Positions 1-7,814 of a stretch of 64,000 nucleotides of DNA are shown one piece after another. Source of the stretch: Oscillospiraceae bacterium (GTDB taxonomy: Bacteria > Bacillota > Clostridia > Oscillospirales > UBA929). The position numbers were made by a program, and so were the translations under genes. The notes below the pieces were generated by a model, which was not told the origin of the DNA, searched no databases, and worked only from the letters and a program-made list of their open reading frames with translations. Numbering within the stretch: position 1 is the first letter of the stretch; every line of letters starts with the position of its first letter. The stretch covers positions 10,883 through 74,882 of the forward strand of contig WRAI01000007.1 in NCBI GenBank assembly GCA_009780275.1. Direction: 5' to 3'.

Positions 1-432
1 CTCGAATTCTGCGTTTAGCCTATCAAATGTTTTGCGCGAGATGTTAAACTCGCGAATAAAATTTGCCATTGTCATTCCAAATTCAAGTTCAATATAATCC
101 TCTTGCATCAACTGATTTTGCAAATGAAAATCATCTACCCTATCCTCGCCAAAATGTTCTATGGCATAATCTACAAAATCGACTGGCACGGCATCATAAT
201 ACATCCAAAATTCAAAGAGTGGTGTCCCAAATAAAGAACACACTAATGGCAACTCATCGCCCTCTGGGAATTCGGGAATCGATACTTCCCAGTCGGGCTC
301 AGGAATGAACTCGTGCTCAGGCACTGACGGCTGTTGAACTTCGGCTTGGTCATCGACAACATTGCCGCCGCAAGCGGTTAATAGGACAGCACATAACACG
401 CCTGCCAACAAAATTGTAAAATATTTTTTCAT
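1..432 (-). CDS. lipoprotein, partial (continues past window start)
   Basis: Own translation from ATG at 432-430: MKKYFTILLAGVLCAVLLTACGGNVVDD... This gives a signal peptide plus lipobox LTAC. The frame stays open to position 1. It is absent from the ORF track because no stop lies in the window. Confidence 0.6.
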   Translation of the reverse strand, partial: MKKYFTILLAGVLCAVLLTACGGNVVDDQAEVQQPSVPEHEFIPEPDWEVSIPEFPEGDELPLVCSLFGTPLFEFWMYYDAVPVDFVDYAIEHFGEDRVDDFHLQNQLMQEDYIELEFGMTMANFIREFNISRKTFDRLNAEFE

Positions 433-459
433 AATTTTCTCTCCTTTATTATGCTATAT

Positions 460-1626
460 TTAGTAGCGTCTTCTGTCATGTCCACCATCGCGTTCAATAC
501 GCGCTACGCATGATGTGCTATTGTTTATACATGATGTGGTTCTGCCGTTGTTATCGGCTCTATATCTAGCTTCTTCATCCCAAAATCTGCATTGCGTTGA
601 TGATTGAGAACCATCAGTAAACGTGATGCGTGGGTAAAACAGATATAGCGGGTTAATACGATTGGAATATCCTCTGGCATGGGTGCCGCTAGTGTTCCAA
701 ATATTTCCACTTGGTGCGTTAGTAACCTCAAAACACAAATGTGGATTGCCGCCTGTATTTCCGGTCGACCCCACACGACCAACAATTTGGCCTGGAACTA
801 CTCTGGAACCTACAACAAGGCGAGGTCTATTTGTTCCGGCAACATCTGGATTATCTTGCAGGTGCATTTTGATAACAATTAACTGTCGGCGCGTTACCAA
901 GCAGATAACGTCATCAAGTTCATATGCAATGGCAAAGCCCGTATCGGCACTTGAACTAGTACTACGCCAAACTACTCTGCCATGATAGACAGCACGGATT
1001 TCTGTAAATCTGTTTACACCATTCCCTGCAAAATCAACTCCTAGATGGTTTATAGGGTTAACCCCCGGTCTTGGGCCATACCGTGATGATATGCGATTGC
1101 GAGGTTCGGCTGACGTTCGGTCGAACATATACCGAATATGGCTTGTAGCAATACGAAATTGAGCTCGCGTGGATTTGGTTGCATTAGTTCCTGTCGGGTA
1201 TGGCGGCACTCTAAAAAAACCCCATTGCTGAGTTTGCGGAATATTGCCAGTATTTACGCCTAGTGTAATACGCTCACCCGGCGAAATTTTCCTATTGGCT
1301 ACGGAATGTGATTGCAAACGCATATTACTCCTGCCTCTATTATGAATTACAGCTACGTTATTGGAATTCGTTGTAATCCACCATTCATCGCGCTGGCCAT
1401 GGCCAGATGAAGCTGTTGTGAAGCGTACATTATTACCCACACTTGCAGCGTTGGCAACCACTCTACGGTTACATGGGTAAGTAAATATATGCCAGTTACT
1501 GCCGGTAGTGCCAATTCTTTGAAGCCGAAAAAATTGTGTTCGCACATTAGTCCAACGGTGCGACATAAAAGCAGAGTCTGTGCGATGGTCTGCGAAAAGG
1601 CCTGTATTCAATGCCCAAACAATCAT
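460..1626 (-). CDS. M23 family metallo-endopeptidase with N-terminal ricin-B-like (QxW) lectin module
   Basis: M23 motifs are present: HLGVD (HxxxD), IKMHLQ, and GSTGNTGGNPHLCFEV (an HxH-type motif reading HLC). The N-terminal ~130 aa carry GSNW / QRDEWW / QQW repeats, paralogous to the module in 2499..3692. No signal peptide is visible. The start overlaps the upstream stop (ATGA). Confidence 0.85.
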   Translation of the reverse strand: MIVWALNTGLFADHRTDSAFMSHRWTNVRTQFFRLQRIGTTGSNWHIFTYPCNRRVVANAASVGNNVRFTTASSGHGQRDEWWITTNSNNVAVIHNRGRSNMRLQSHSVANRKISPGERITLGVNTGNIPQTQQWGFFRVPPYPTGTNATKSTRAQFRIATSHIRYMFDRTSAEPRNRISSRYGPRPGVNPINHLGVDFAGNGVNRFTEIRAVYHGRVVWRSTSSSADTGFAIAYELDDVICLVTRRQLIVIKMHLQDNPDVAGTNRPRLVVGSRVVPGQIVGRVGSTGNTGGNPHLCFEVTNAPSGNIWNTSGTHARGYSNRINPLYLFYPRITFTDGSQSSTQCRFWDEEARYRADNNGRTTSCINNSTSCVARIERDGGHDRRRY

Positions 1627-2486
1627 TGCTCGTCATCATTTTCACCTTGATTGCTGCCGCCCGGGCGACCTGGCCGATGCCCATGGTTGCTACCACCTTG
1701 ATCATCATCTTTGTCTTGACTATCTTCGCCTTGGTCGTCATCATCCTGAGCGCCTTGGTGGTCTTCGTAAAAAATATTATCTAAAAGTCTATCGACAGTG
1801 CCTGCTCTACCTGGAGCGCCTTTCCATGTTGACATGATGTCGGTAATGTAGAATGCTGTGTTACCATAGTCGTCTATATACCACTCCTGTCTTTGGATAA
1901 CGAGTATAGCATCATCAAAATGGTATACCAGCGAGTAAAAAGGAGGATTGTCGTACTCGACAACAACATAACCATCGCCATACAACTCTATCATCTGCTC
2001 GTATGTGTCTCCTACACGCAGCCCTTTTGGTGTAAGCACCAAATCTCCTGCCAAGCCTGCCAAAACCAACACGCCATCTGCGTTTTCTCTGAAGAAATAA
2101 CGCGCATTCCTAAAATCTTGTTGTTCTTCCGGCAGTCCAAAGTCATCAAAGCCTGTCGTAATTGTAATTGTGTTGTGTAAAAAATTTGTTGGGTCATCTT
2201 TAACCACAAGCCCCGAATGTTCAATGCCAAGCTCATCAAATTTCGCAATGACATCTTCCAACGCCATACCAAAGTAAATGATGCCGGTTCCATCTTCATT
2301 TGTCAATGTAGTTACATTTTCAAAGGTTATAGCTTCATTGTTTAAATTGGGCGTTGGTGTTGTGTCAACAGGGTATGCCAGCTCTTGAGTTAAGTCTTCC
2401 CCGTCCGCGCCGGGAATGTTTTGCGTACAAGCGATTAAGCTAATGAGTAAAAGCAGTACGAGTAATGCGCATAACAATTTTCTCAT
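1623..2486 (-). CDS. lipoprotein with long acidic low-complexity C-terminal tail
   Basis: MRKLLCALLVLLLLISLIAC = signal peptide plus lipobox LIAC. The C-terminus reads DDDDQGEDSQDKDDDQGGSNHGHRPGRPGGSNQGENDDEQ. I recognise no family. Confidence 0.75.
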   Translation of the reverse strand: MRKLLCALLVLLLLISLIACTQNIPGADGEDLTQELAYPVDTTPTPNLNNEAITFENVTTLTNEDGTGIIYFGMALEDVIAKFDELGIEHSGLVVKDDPTNFLHNTITITTGFDDFGLPEEQQDFRNARYFFRENADGVLVLAGLAGDLVLTPKGLRVGDTYEQMIELYGDGYVVVEYDNPPFYSLVYHFDDAILVIQRQEWYIDDYGNTAFYITDIMSTWKGAPGRAGTVDRLLDNIFYEDHQGAQDDDDQGEDSQDKDDDQGGSNHGHRPGRPGGSNQGENDDEQ

Positions 2487-2498
2487 AATAATCTCCTC

Positions 2499-3692
2499 TT
2501 AAAAATATGAATTTTGAACAAAGCCTTCTATGTTAGTGTTGCTTATGTTGTCAGTCCTATTCCAATGCACTCTACGAGGCGTTCCCCAATTTCCATCAGC
2601 AAGATGTATCACGCCTGTACTCCGATTGAAACTAACCACAATACCAATATGTCCAGTCCATACGATGAAATCGCCAGGCTGTGGCGTGTACTGATTGTTG
2701 ACTACCTGGGCTCGCGTCCGCCAGCGCCCAACACTCATTGCCATTGCTGGATCACGGAAACTAAGTGATGTTGACCCGCCAAAATAGCCACTAGGATACT
2801 GTGACCCACCGATATGAGTGAACCGCCAGCGCCCTGGCTTATGTGTCGGCATACCTGTTGGTGTAACCCCCGATGTAGTACTTATAGCTGCGGTTCGTTG
2901 CGCAGCCCAGGTCAAAATGAATGCACACCACGGAGCGTTATAATGCAACCTATGGTACTGGCGGCCATTCGTTTGACCCTCTTCGCCGCGAATAAATGCC
3001 AACATCCACCCCCTCGCTCTAGAATTAACAATCGCATTTACATTATTAGCGCGTGATATATAGATCGGGTTTTGAGCGTTGTCACGCGTATTAACCAACG
3101 GTCTGACAAAATGAATTTCCCATCGTTGACGACGAATGTTGGCCATGTTGTTGTTATTGCTTAAAAAGATGCGATCGCCCGACGAACTTTTTCCATTGGC
3201 ATTAGCATGGGATTCCAACCAAATTCCTCTATTTACATTCTGAATATAAAATAATGAGTTGTTATTGTTGGCGTTCACTCGCACAACCCACCATTCGTCA
3301 CGCTGTGAATAATTAGGACGATTACCAGCTTCAGCCCATGTTTCCACTCTTACGCCGTTGCCGCTGGCGGCAGCAACTAGTCGTCTCCCACCTGGCGTGT
3401 AAAGTCGGAAACGAGCATTCATACCAGTGCCACCCACATGCACAAACACCCAATGTTGTCCAGCCCTATTTCGGGTGCGTTGACTAAAATGGGTTGTTGT
3501 ATGACCTGCATTAGTGGTATTGCTATGATCCATCCAAAGCCGTGAGGTTGAGGACTGAATGTAGTAGAGACCGCCTAGCATATCTTGACCAGTAAAAATC
3601 CGTGCCTCTGCTTGTGGCGATGCGATTATGACTATTGACAACAACAAACATACTATCAAAAAGGTGGATAAAACTTTACGCATTTTTATCAT
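2499..3692 (-). CDS. secreted CHAP/NlpC-P60-type peptidoglycan hydrolase with ricin-B-like lectin module
   Basis: Signal peptide (…ASPQAEA). Ricin-like QHW / QRDEWW / QRW repeats. The C-terminal CHAP-like domain has Cys in NAPWCAFILTWAAQ and His in PGDFIVWTGHIGIVV. Confidence 0.85.
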   Translation of the reverse strand: MIKMRKVLSTFLIVCLLLSIVIIASPQAEARIFTGQDMLGGLYYIQSSTSRLWMDHSNTTNAGHTTTHFSQRTRNRAGQHWVFVHVGGTGMNARFRLYTPGGRRLVAAASGNGVRVETWAEAGNRPNYSQRDEWWVVRVNANNNNSLFYIQNVNRGIWLESHANANGKSSSGDRIFLSNNNNMANIRRQRWEIHFVRPLVNTRDNAQNPIYISRANNVNAIVNSRARGWMLAFIRGEEGQTNGRQYHRLHYNAPWCAFILTWAAQRTAAISTTSGVTPTGMPTHKPGRWRFTHIGGSQYPSGYFGGSTSLSFRDPAMAMSVGRWRTRAQVVNNQYTPQPGDFIVWTGHIGIVVSFNRSTGVIHLADGNWGTPRRVHWNRTDNISNTNIEGFVQNSYF

Positions 3693-3827
3693 ATGTGTAT
3701 CTCCTTTGCAATGTTAATAGTTATATTAGTACTAAACACCAAAACAATTGTCACCGCAACACCCTTTCCCTTCATATTTTTTTGGTATGCTAACTTCGTC
3801 TATCACTGGAACCACTCCTCTCGCAAT

Positions 3828-3856
3828 ATTATAGTTCTATCGAAATCGATAGTCAA
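3828..3856 (-). promoter_or_regulatory. sigma-70-type promoter for the hydrolase operon
   Basis: Minus strand reads TTGACT-17 nt-TATAAT, overlapping the 3' end of the upstream lipoprotein gene. It would give a leader of about 125 nt before the ATG at 3692. Confidence 0.5.
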
Positions 3857-4982
3857 TATTGATAATTTCTCCAACGACATTGCCGTCTTCATTGCGAATA
3901 AATTCTATGGTACACGTATCGGTGTTGTACCTCAATAAATATTGTGTTGTTTCACGATTGCCCAGCCAAAACGGCACACTATCCCAAGTATCAAGCCCTC
4001 TGCGACGATGGAGATAGGCATCACGATAAACCACATTCAACAAATAGCCGCTATTTCGCCAATTTGGCATTTGATTAGGGCGTAAATCAGGCACAAAAGC
4101 CGTGCCTTTGATAAAGGCAGAATCTTCGCCAATGAATGGGTGGTCGTAATTTACCTCTATCGTTTGTCCTGTGCCTAAATTGGTCACCCGGAGCGTCATT
4201 GCACCCTCAGTATATTGATAGTCAATCTCTACATCATGGCGCGGAATCCACTTGCCGTCGATATAATCGGACTCAACAATTAGTCCGTAGTCGACGAGCT
4301 CTCCCCATGTCGTTGCCACAAAGACACGCCACTCGCCATCATTCGCCCAGCCATTATATATGCCGGCATCAAAAGTAACGTCTTGATTTTGTAAAGCGAA
4401 GAAGATATATGCATTGAAGCCGGTAGGGTTAGCCCCATGGGAGCAGTCAGATTTTCGCAAACGCGCTTGACTTAATTCAACTACTGTTGTTGCACGGCGA
4501 AAGCTATTGTGTATATAGGATACTTTATAAATATAGCCACCACTAAATGGCTCAATACGCCATCCACCAAGCTCATAGCTATCGTCATACGTAAAAAATT
4601 CATAGTTTGCACCCAATATTGTGCCATTACTTAGTATGGCATGTGTATAGGGTGTGTTTTTTAGAAATTCCTCAGCCTCCCATTCAGAATATACAGTTTT
4701 GATGTATTGTGTATGTTGAAACAAGAATACCGCACCTGGCTCATTTCGCCTAAAAACAGTTTGGTTTTCGCCATCCACTACTATGGCGTTCTCACGTCTA
4801 TGTGTGCGGTCAATCGCCTCAAATAAGTTCTCGAACGTGCCTATCGAGTGTCCGTTTTCCAAAAACACTTCAAACGAAGTGACATCCAGCGGTTGCGGCG
4901 AATTGTCGCTTATTTCTGAACAACCACAAGATGCCAATAGCAATAGTGACAAAAACACAAATAATAGAGAAAATTTTTTCAC
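3837..4982 (-). CDS. lipoprotein, unknown function
   Basis: MKKFSLLFVFLSLLLLASCGC = signal peptide plus lipobox LASC. 381 aa, aromatic-rich beta-type composition, no family recognised. Confidence 0.75.
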   Translation of the reverse strand: MKKFSLLFVFLSLLLLASCGCSEISDNSPQPLDVTSFEVFLENGHSIGTFENLFEAIDRTHRRENAIVVDGENQTVFRRNEPGAVFLFQHTQYIKTVYSEWEAEEFLKNTPYTHAILSNGTILGANYEFFTYDDSYELGGWRIEPFSGGYIYKVSYIHNSFRRATTVVELSQARLRKSDCSHGANPTGFNAYIFFALQNQDVTFDAGIYNGWANDGEWRVFVATTWGELVDYGLIVESDYIDGKWIPRHDVEIDYQYTEGAMTLRVTNLGTGQTIEVNYDHPFIGEDSAFIKGTAFVPDLRPNQMPNWRNSGYLLNVVYRDAYLHRRRGLDTWDSVPFWLGNRETTQYLLRYNTDTCTIEFIRNEDGNVVGEIINIDYRFR

Positions 4983-5355
4983 GAAAAAGTCCTCCTTGTT
5001 CCTTGCGGTTGGTGGGGGACAGTCTATGCCATCATGACAGAGTTTTCTAAATATAAATAATTAACTTGATTCTATCACTGTCAAAGACGTTTGTCAATCA
5101 AAATTTTTGAAAAAATCGTAAAACTTCTATAAGAAACTCCGCACTCGGATTTTACCCTCGAATGCGGGATAATATAAACTCGCCACCACACGCCCCGCCA
5201 TTACGCCGAGCGCAGATAACAAAACCACTATACCACACAGACCCCATCGAAAAGGCGGGGCTGGGCAAAATATAATATGAAGTGCAACAGGTGACAACAC
5301 GGTTGCCAAGGTGTAAAATGTAGTTACCACACAACATTGCAGCACGGAGGCAACC

Positions 5356-6294
5356 ATGAAGTCATATGAACATTTTACCTTAGAAGAACGCGAATGTCTA
5401 CGCATAAAGTTGAGCGAAGGAAAGAGTTATCGGCAAATCGCCCGAGAATTGAACAGAGATGTGTCCAGTATTAGCCGAGAACTCAAACGAAACAGGAAGA
5501 AAGATGGCACCTATAATGCAATTTGGGGACAATCAATGTATCGTTATCGTCGAAAACGATGTGTCCGTCCATATCGACTAGAAACAGACCATAAATTACG
5601 GGATTTTGTAACAAAAAGCTTAGATAAATATTGGTCGCCCGAGATTATTGCAGCTAGGTGGCAAGGAAAAGAGTTCAGCCCATCAACAATATATCGAGCT
5701 TTGAAACAAAAACGCCTGTTTGGTTATTCAGAACGCACCCATTTACGACGGAGAGGTATCCTCAAATATTGCCGAGGAGACAATCGAACTATTCGCCCAG
5801 AGCATACAATACATGAGCGTTCCGACGAGATAAACAACAGACAACGTATCGGTGATTGGGAAGGTGATATAGTGTTAGGCGGTCCGGGAAAAGGCGGTTT
5901 GGTAACGATGGTAGAGCGTAAGAGTCGTTATCTGGCAATGGAATTATTGCCTAATAAAGAGGCGGCGACAGTTGAAAAAATCATTTGTAGTCCACTTTGC
6001 AAAACGCTACCAATTAAGTCCATCACCTTTGACAATGGCTCGGAATTTGCCAACTTTCGGAAAATCGGAATAAAGCTAAATGCAATCATCTACTTTGCAG
6101 ATACACGCAGCCCTTGGCAACGCGGCTCGAACGAAAATATCAACGGGCTTGTACGTTTTTTCTTCCCAAAAGGCACGGATTTTCGTACTGTATCACCCGA
6201 GAAAGTGGCTCATGCTTTATCACTTATCAACCAGCGTCCCAGAAAATGCCTTGGATGGATGTCACCACTTGAGTTTATCCAATGTTGCACTTGA
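5356..6294 (+). CDS. IS30 family transposase
   Basis: N-terminal HTH (LEERECLRIKLSEGKSYRQIARELNRDVSSISRELKRN). DDE core (GDWEGDIV…, ITFDNGSEFA, SPWQRGSNENINGLVR). Typical IS30 length of 312 aa. Confidence 0.95.
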   Translation: MKSYEHFTLEERECLRIKLSEGKSYRQIARELNRDVSSISRELKRNRKKDGTYNAIWGQSMYRYRRKRCVRPYRLETDHKLRDFVTKSLDKYWSPEIIAARWQGKEFSPSTIYRALKQKRLFGYSERTHLRRRGILKYCRGDNRTIRPEHTIHERSDEINNRQRIGDWEGDIVLGGPGKGGLVTMVERKSRYLAMELLPNKEAATVEKIICSPLCKTLPIKSITFDNGSEFANFRKIGIKLNAIIYFADTRSPWQRGSNENINGLVRFFFPKGTDFRTVSPEKVAHALSLINQRPRKCLGWMSPLEFIQCCT

Positions 6295-6333
6295 CTTGAC
6301 TTTTTGCCTGCACCCCCTTTGAACCCCTACGCA

Positions 6334-6385
6334 CCCACGGGACAAGATAACGCGCCGTTATCTTGTCCCGTGGGTTTTGTGTTTT
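6334..6385 (+). terminator. rho-independent terminator-like hairpin
   Basis: Perfect 19-bp stem CCCACGGGACAAGATAACG / CGTTATCTTGTCCCGTGGG (6334..6352 / 6356..6374), 3-nt loop, followed by TTTTGTGTTTT. Confidence 0.55.
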
Positions 6386-6523
6386 CATGCCAACCTTGAC
6401 ATTTTTTCAAAAATGTGTGTAAGACACAATCCGCCCCATCGTTGCGTTGCTGAAGGCATTTTGGTATAATGGTCATGGCTTTTGAAACTGACAATTTTCA
6501 CGAAATTGGAGGTTCAAGAGAAC

Positions 6524-6637
6524 ATGAGAAATCCGAACGGTTATGGGTCAGTCATCAAGCTACATGGCAACCGCCGCCGTCCCTATCAAGTCCGAAAAAC
6601 AATAGGTTTAACGAACACTAATGTCACCGCGGAGTAG
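6524..6637 (+). pseudogene. tyrosine-recombinase (phage/ICE integrase) N-terminal remnant
   Basis: GGAGG RBS, then MRNPNGYGSVIKLHGNRRRPYQVRKTIG. This matches the typical N-terminal arm-binding motif of Firmicutes phage/ICE integrases. It then diverges and stops after 37 codons. No catalytic domain follows. Confidence 0.6.
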
Positions 6638-6727
6638 TTTCGGTGGTGCTTTTACTACAAAATTGTTTATAATGTTCACAAGGACGGTTTGTGGCTGTCC
6701 GTGCAGATACTTGAAAGGAAAGAATAT

Positions 6728-7432
6728 ATGCGACTCATAGACTTTACCCAAACCAGACCCATAATCGCCGGCGCTATTAAACGCCTGCCGGGCGATCGCA
6801 TCGCGCCGGCTGTTGACGTGCTGGCCGCTTACACGCAGGGCATTCAAGACTGGGGGCTGCTACCTCAAAACTTTATCATCGCCAAGCAGGTACATGGCAG
6901 CGATGTTCGTGTAGTCGTGCGTGGCGACGGCGGCATTGTTGATACAGTTATCACGCAACAGCTGGAATGTGATGGTTTGGTAACGCGTGAAATTGGCCTG
7001 GGCGTGGGTATTGTCACTGCCGATTGCCTGCCTGTGTTATTCTTTGACGAGGATGCAACTGTCGTTGCCGCTGCACACGCAGGTTGGCGTGGGCTAGCAG
7101 ATAGTGTCCTTGCCGCGACGGTCAAGGACATGGGTGTGCTACCCGAGAAACTGCACGCATACATAGGTGCGGCGATTTGTCAAAACTGTTTTGAGGTTGG
7201 CCCCGAAGTGGCGGCAGCTTTTGCCGAGAAACACTATATTAAAGGTGGGCGAGATGACCGGTTGCATATTGACCTGAAAGGTATCGCAACGGAGCAGCTG
7301 CAAGCGCAGGGTGTAAAGTATATTACAGTATCACCTGACTGCACTTGTTGCTTGCCCGGCGTCTATTGGTCGCATCGAAAACACAGTTGGCAGCGCGGCA
7401 ATCAATTGACGTTTATTTGCCTTTCGTCTTGA
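6728..7432 (+). CDS. pgeF: peptidoglycan editing factor PgeF (YfiH/DUF152 family)
   Basis: QVHGSDV, TADCLPVLF, AAHAGWRG, CQNCFEVG and SHR motifs. Start chosen at the MRLIDF ATG, which has an upstream GGAAAGG RBS. Confidence 0.9.
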   Translation: MRLIDFTQTRPIIAGAIKRLPGDRIAPAVDVLAAYTQGIQDWGLLPQNFIIAKQVHGSDVRVVVRGDGGIVDTVITQQLECDGLVTREIGLGVGIVTADCLPVLFFDEDATVVAAAHAGWRGLADSVLAATVKDMGVLPEKLHAYIGAAICQNCFEVGPEVAAAFAEKHYIKGGRDDRLHIDLKGIATEQLQAQGVKYITVSPDCTCCLPGVYWSHRKHSWQRGNQLTFICLSS

Positions 7433-7737
7433 ACATAACGGCACGCCATTTCGATAATTCTCGTATTATATTTTGCGCGGCAGGCAGGAGCACAGCGTTT
7501 GCGACTTCTGTATTTTTCGGCATGGCTGCAAGATGCTATAAATATGCCGGCTTTACTTTAAAATTGCTTGGGATTTCTAAAAAAATGGCTACTGCACCTC
7601 TCTAATGGCTTTCGACAGTGTTTCTTTATTTTCATATTGCATGTGTTTTCCCCTAAAATTAAGCTGTCTATTCGGCGAATAATGTAAATATATCACAAGA
7701 CGGCATCAATAGAAATTATAAATTTTTTATGAAATAC

Positions 7738-7766
7738 TTGACAAACAATTCCAATGGTGGTATTAT
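7738..7766 (+). promoter_or_regulatory. sigma-A-type promoter of the heat-shock operon
   Basis: TTGACA (7738..7743), 17 nt spacer, TATTAT (7761..7766), immediately upstream of CIRCE. Confidence 0.7.
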
Positions 7767-7770
7767 CAAG

Positions 7771-7797
7771 CTAGCACTCTTCTGTATAGAGTGCTAA
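7771..7797 (+). promoter_or_regulatory. CIRCE operator (HrcA binding site)
   Basis: CTAGCACTC-N9-GAGTGCTAA matches the CIRCE consensus TTAGCACTC-N9-GAGTGCTAA at all but one position. Confidence 0.9.
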
Positions 7798-7814
7798 TGA
7801 GGAGGCGGACGTCC

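Larger units (their letters stand above)
5103..6414. mobile_element. IS30-family insertion sequence (boundaries approximate)
   Basis: Contains the IS30 transposase gene. The only candidate terminal inverted repeat I found is the 14-mer ATTTTTGAAAAAAT (5103..5116) versus its reverse complement at 6401..6414. It is A/T-rich, so it could be chance. Confidence 0.35.

Noticed and set aside
5127-5405. 92-aa hydrophobic minus-strand ORF overlapping the IS30 transposase start
   Set aside because: It overlaps the transposase ATG, has no RBS, and lies in the presumed IS left arm. A remnant of an interrupted membrane-protein gene cannot be excluded, but it is unsupported.
5300-6310. Alternative IS30 terminal repeats: CAACATTG (5332..5339) versus CAATGTTG (6280..6287)
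   Set aside because: It is only an 8-bp match. The left copy sits right at the RBS, which would leave no left arm. It is not convincing as a terminal IR.
7589-7642. 17-codon minus-strand ORF MQYENKETLSKAIREVQ with an AGGGGA RBS in the pgeF-hrcA spacer
   Set aside because: It might be the N-terminal stub of a lost gene, but it is too short to assign and has no supporting downstream homology.
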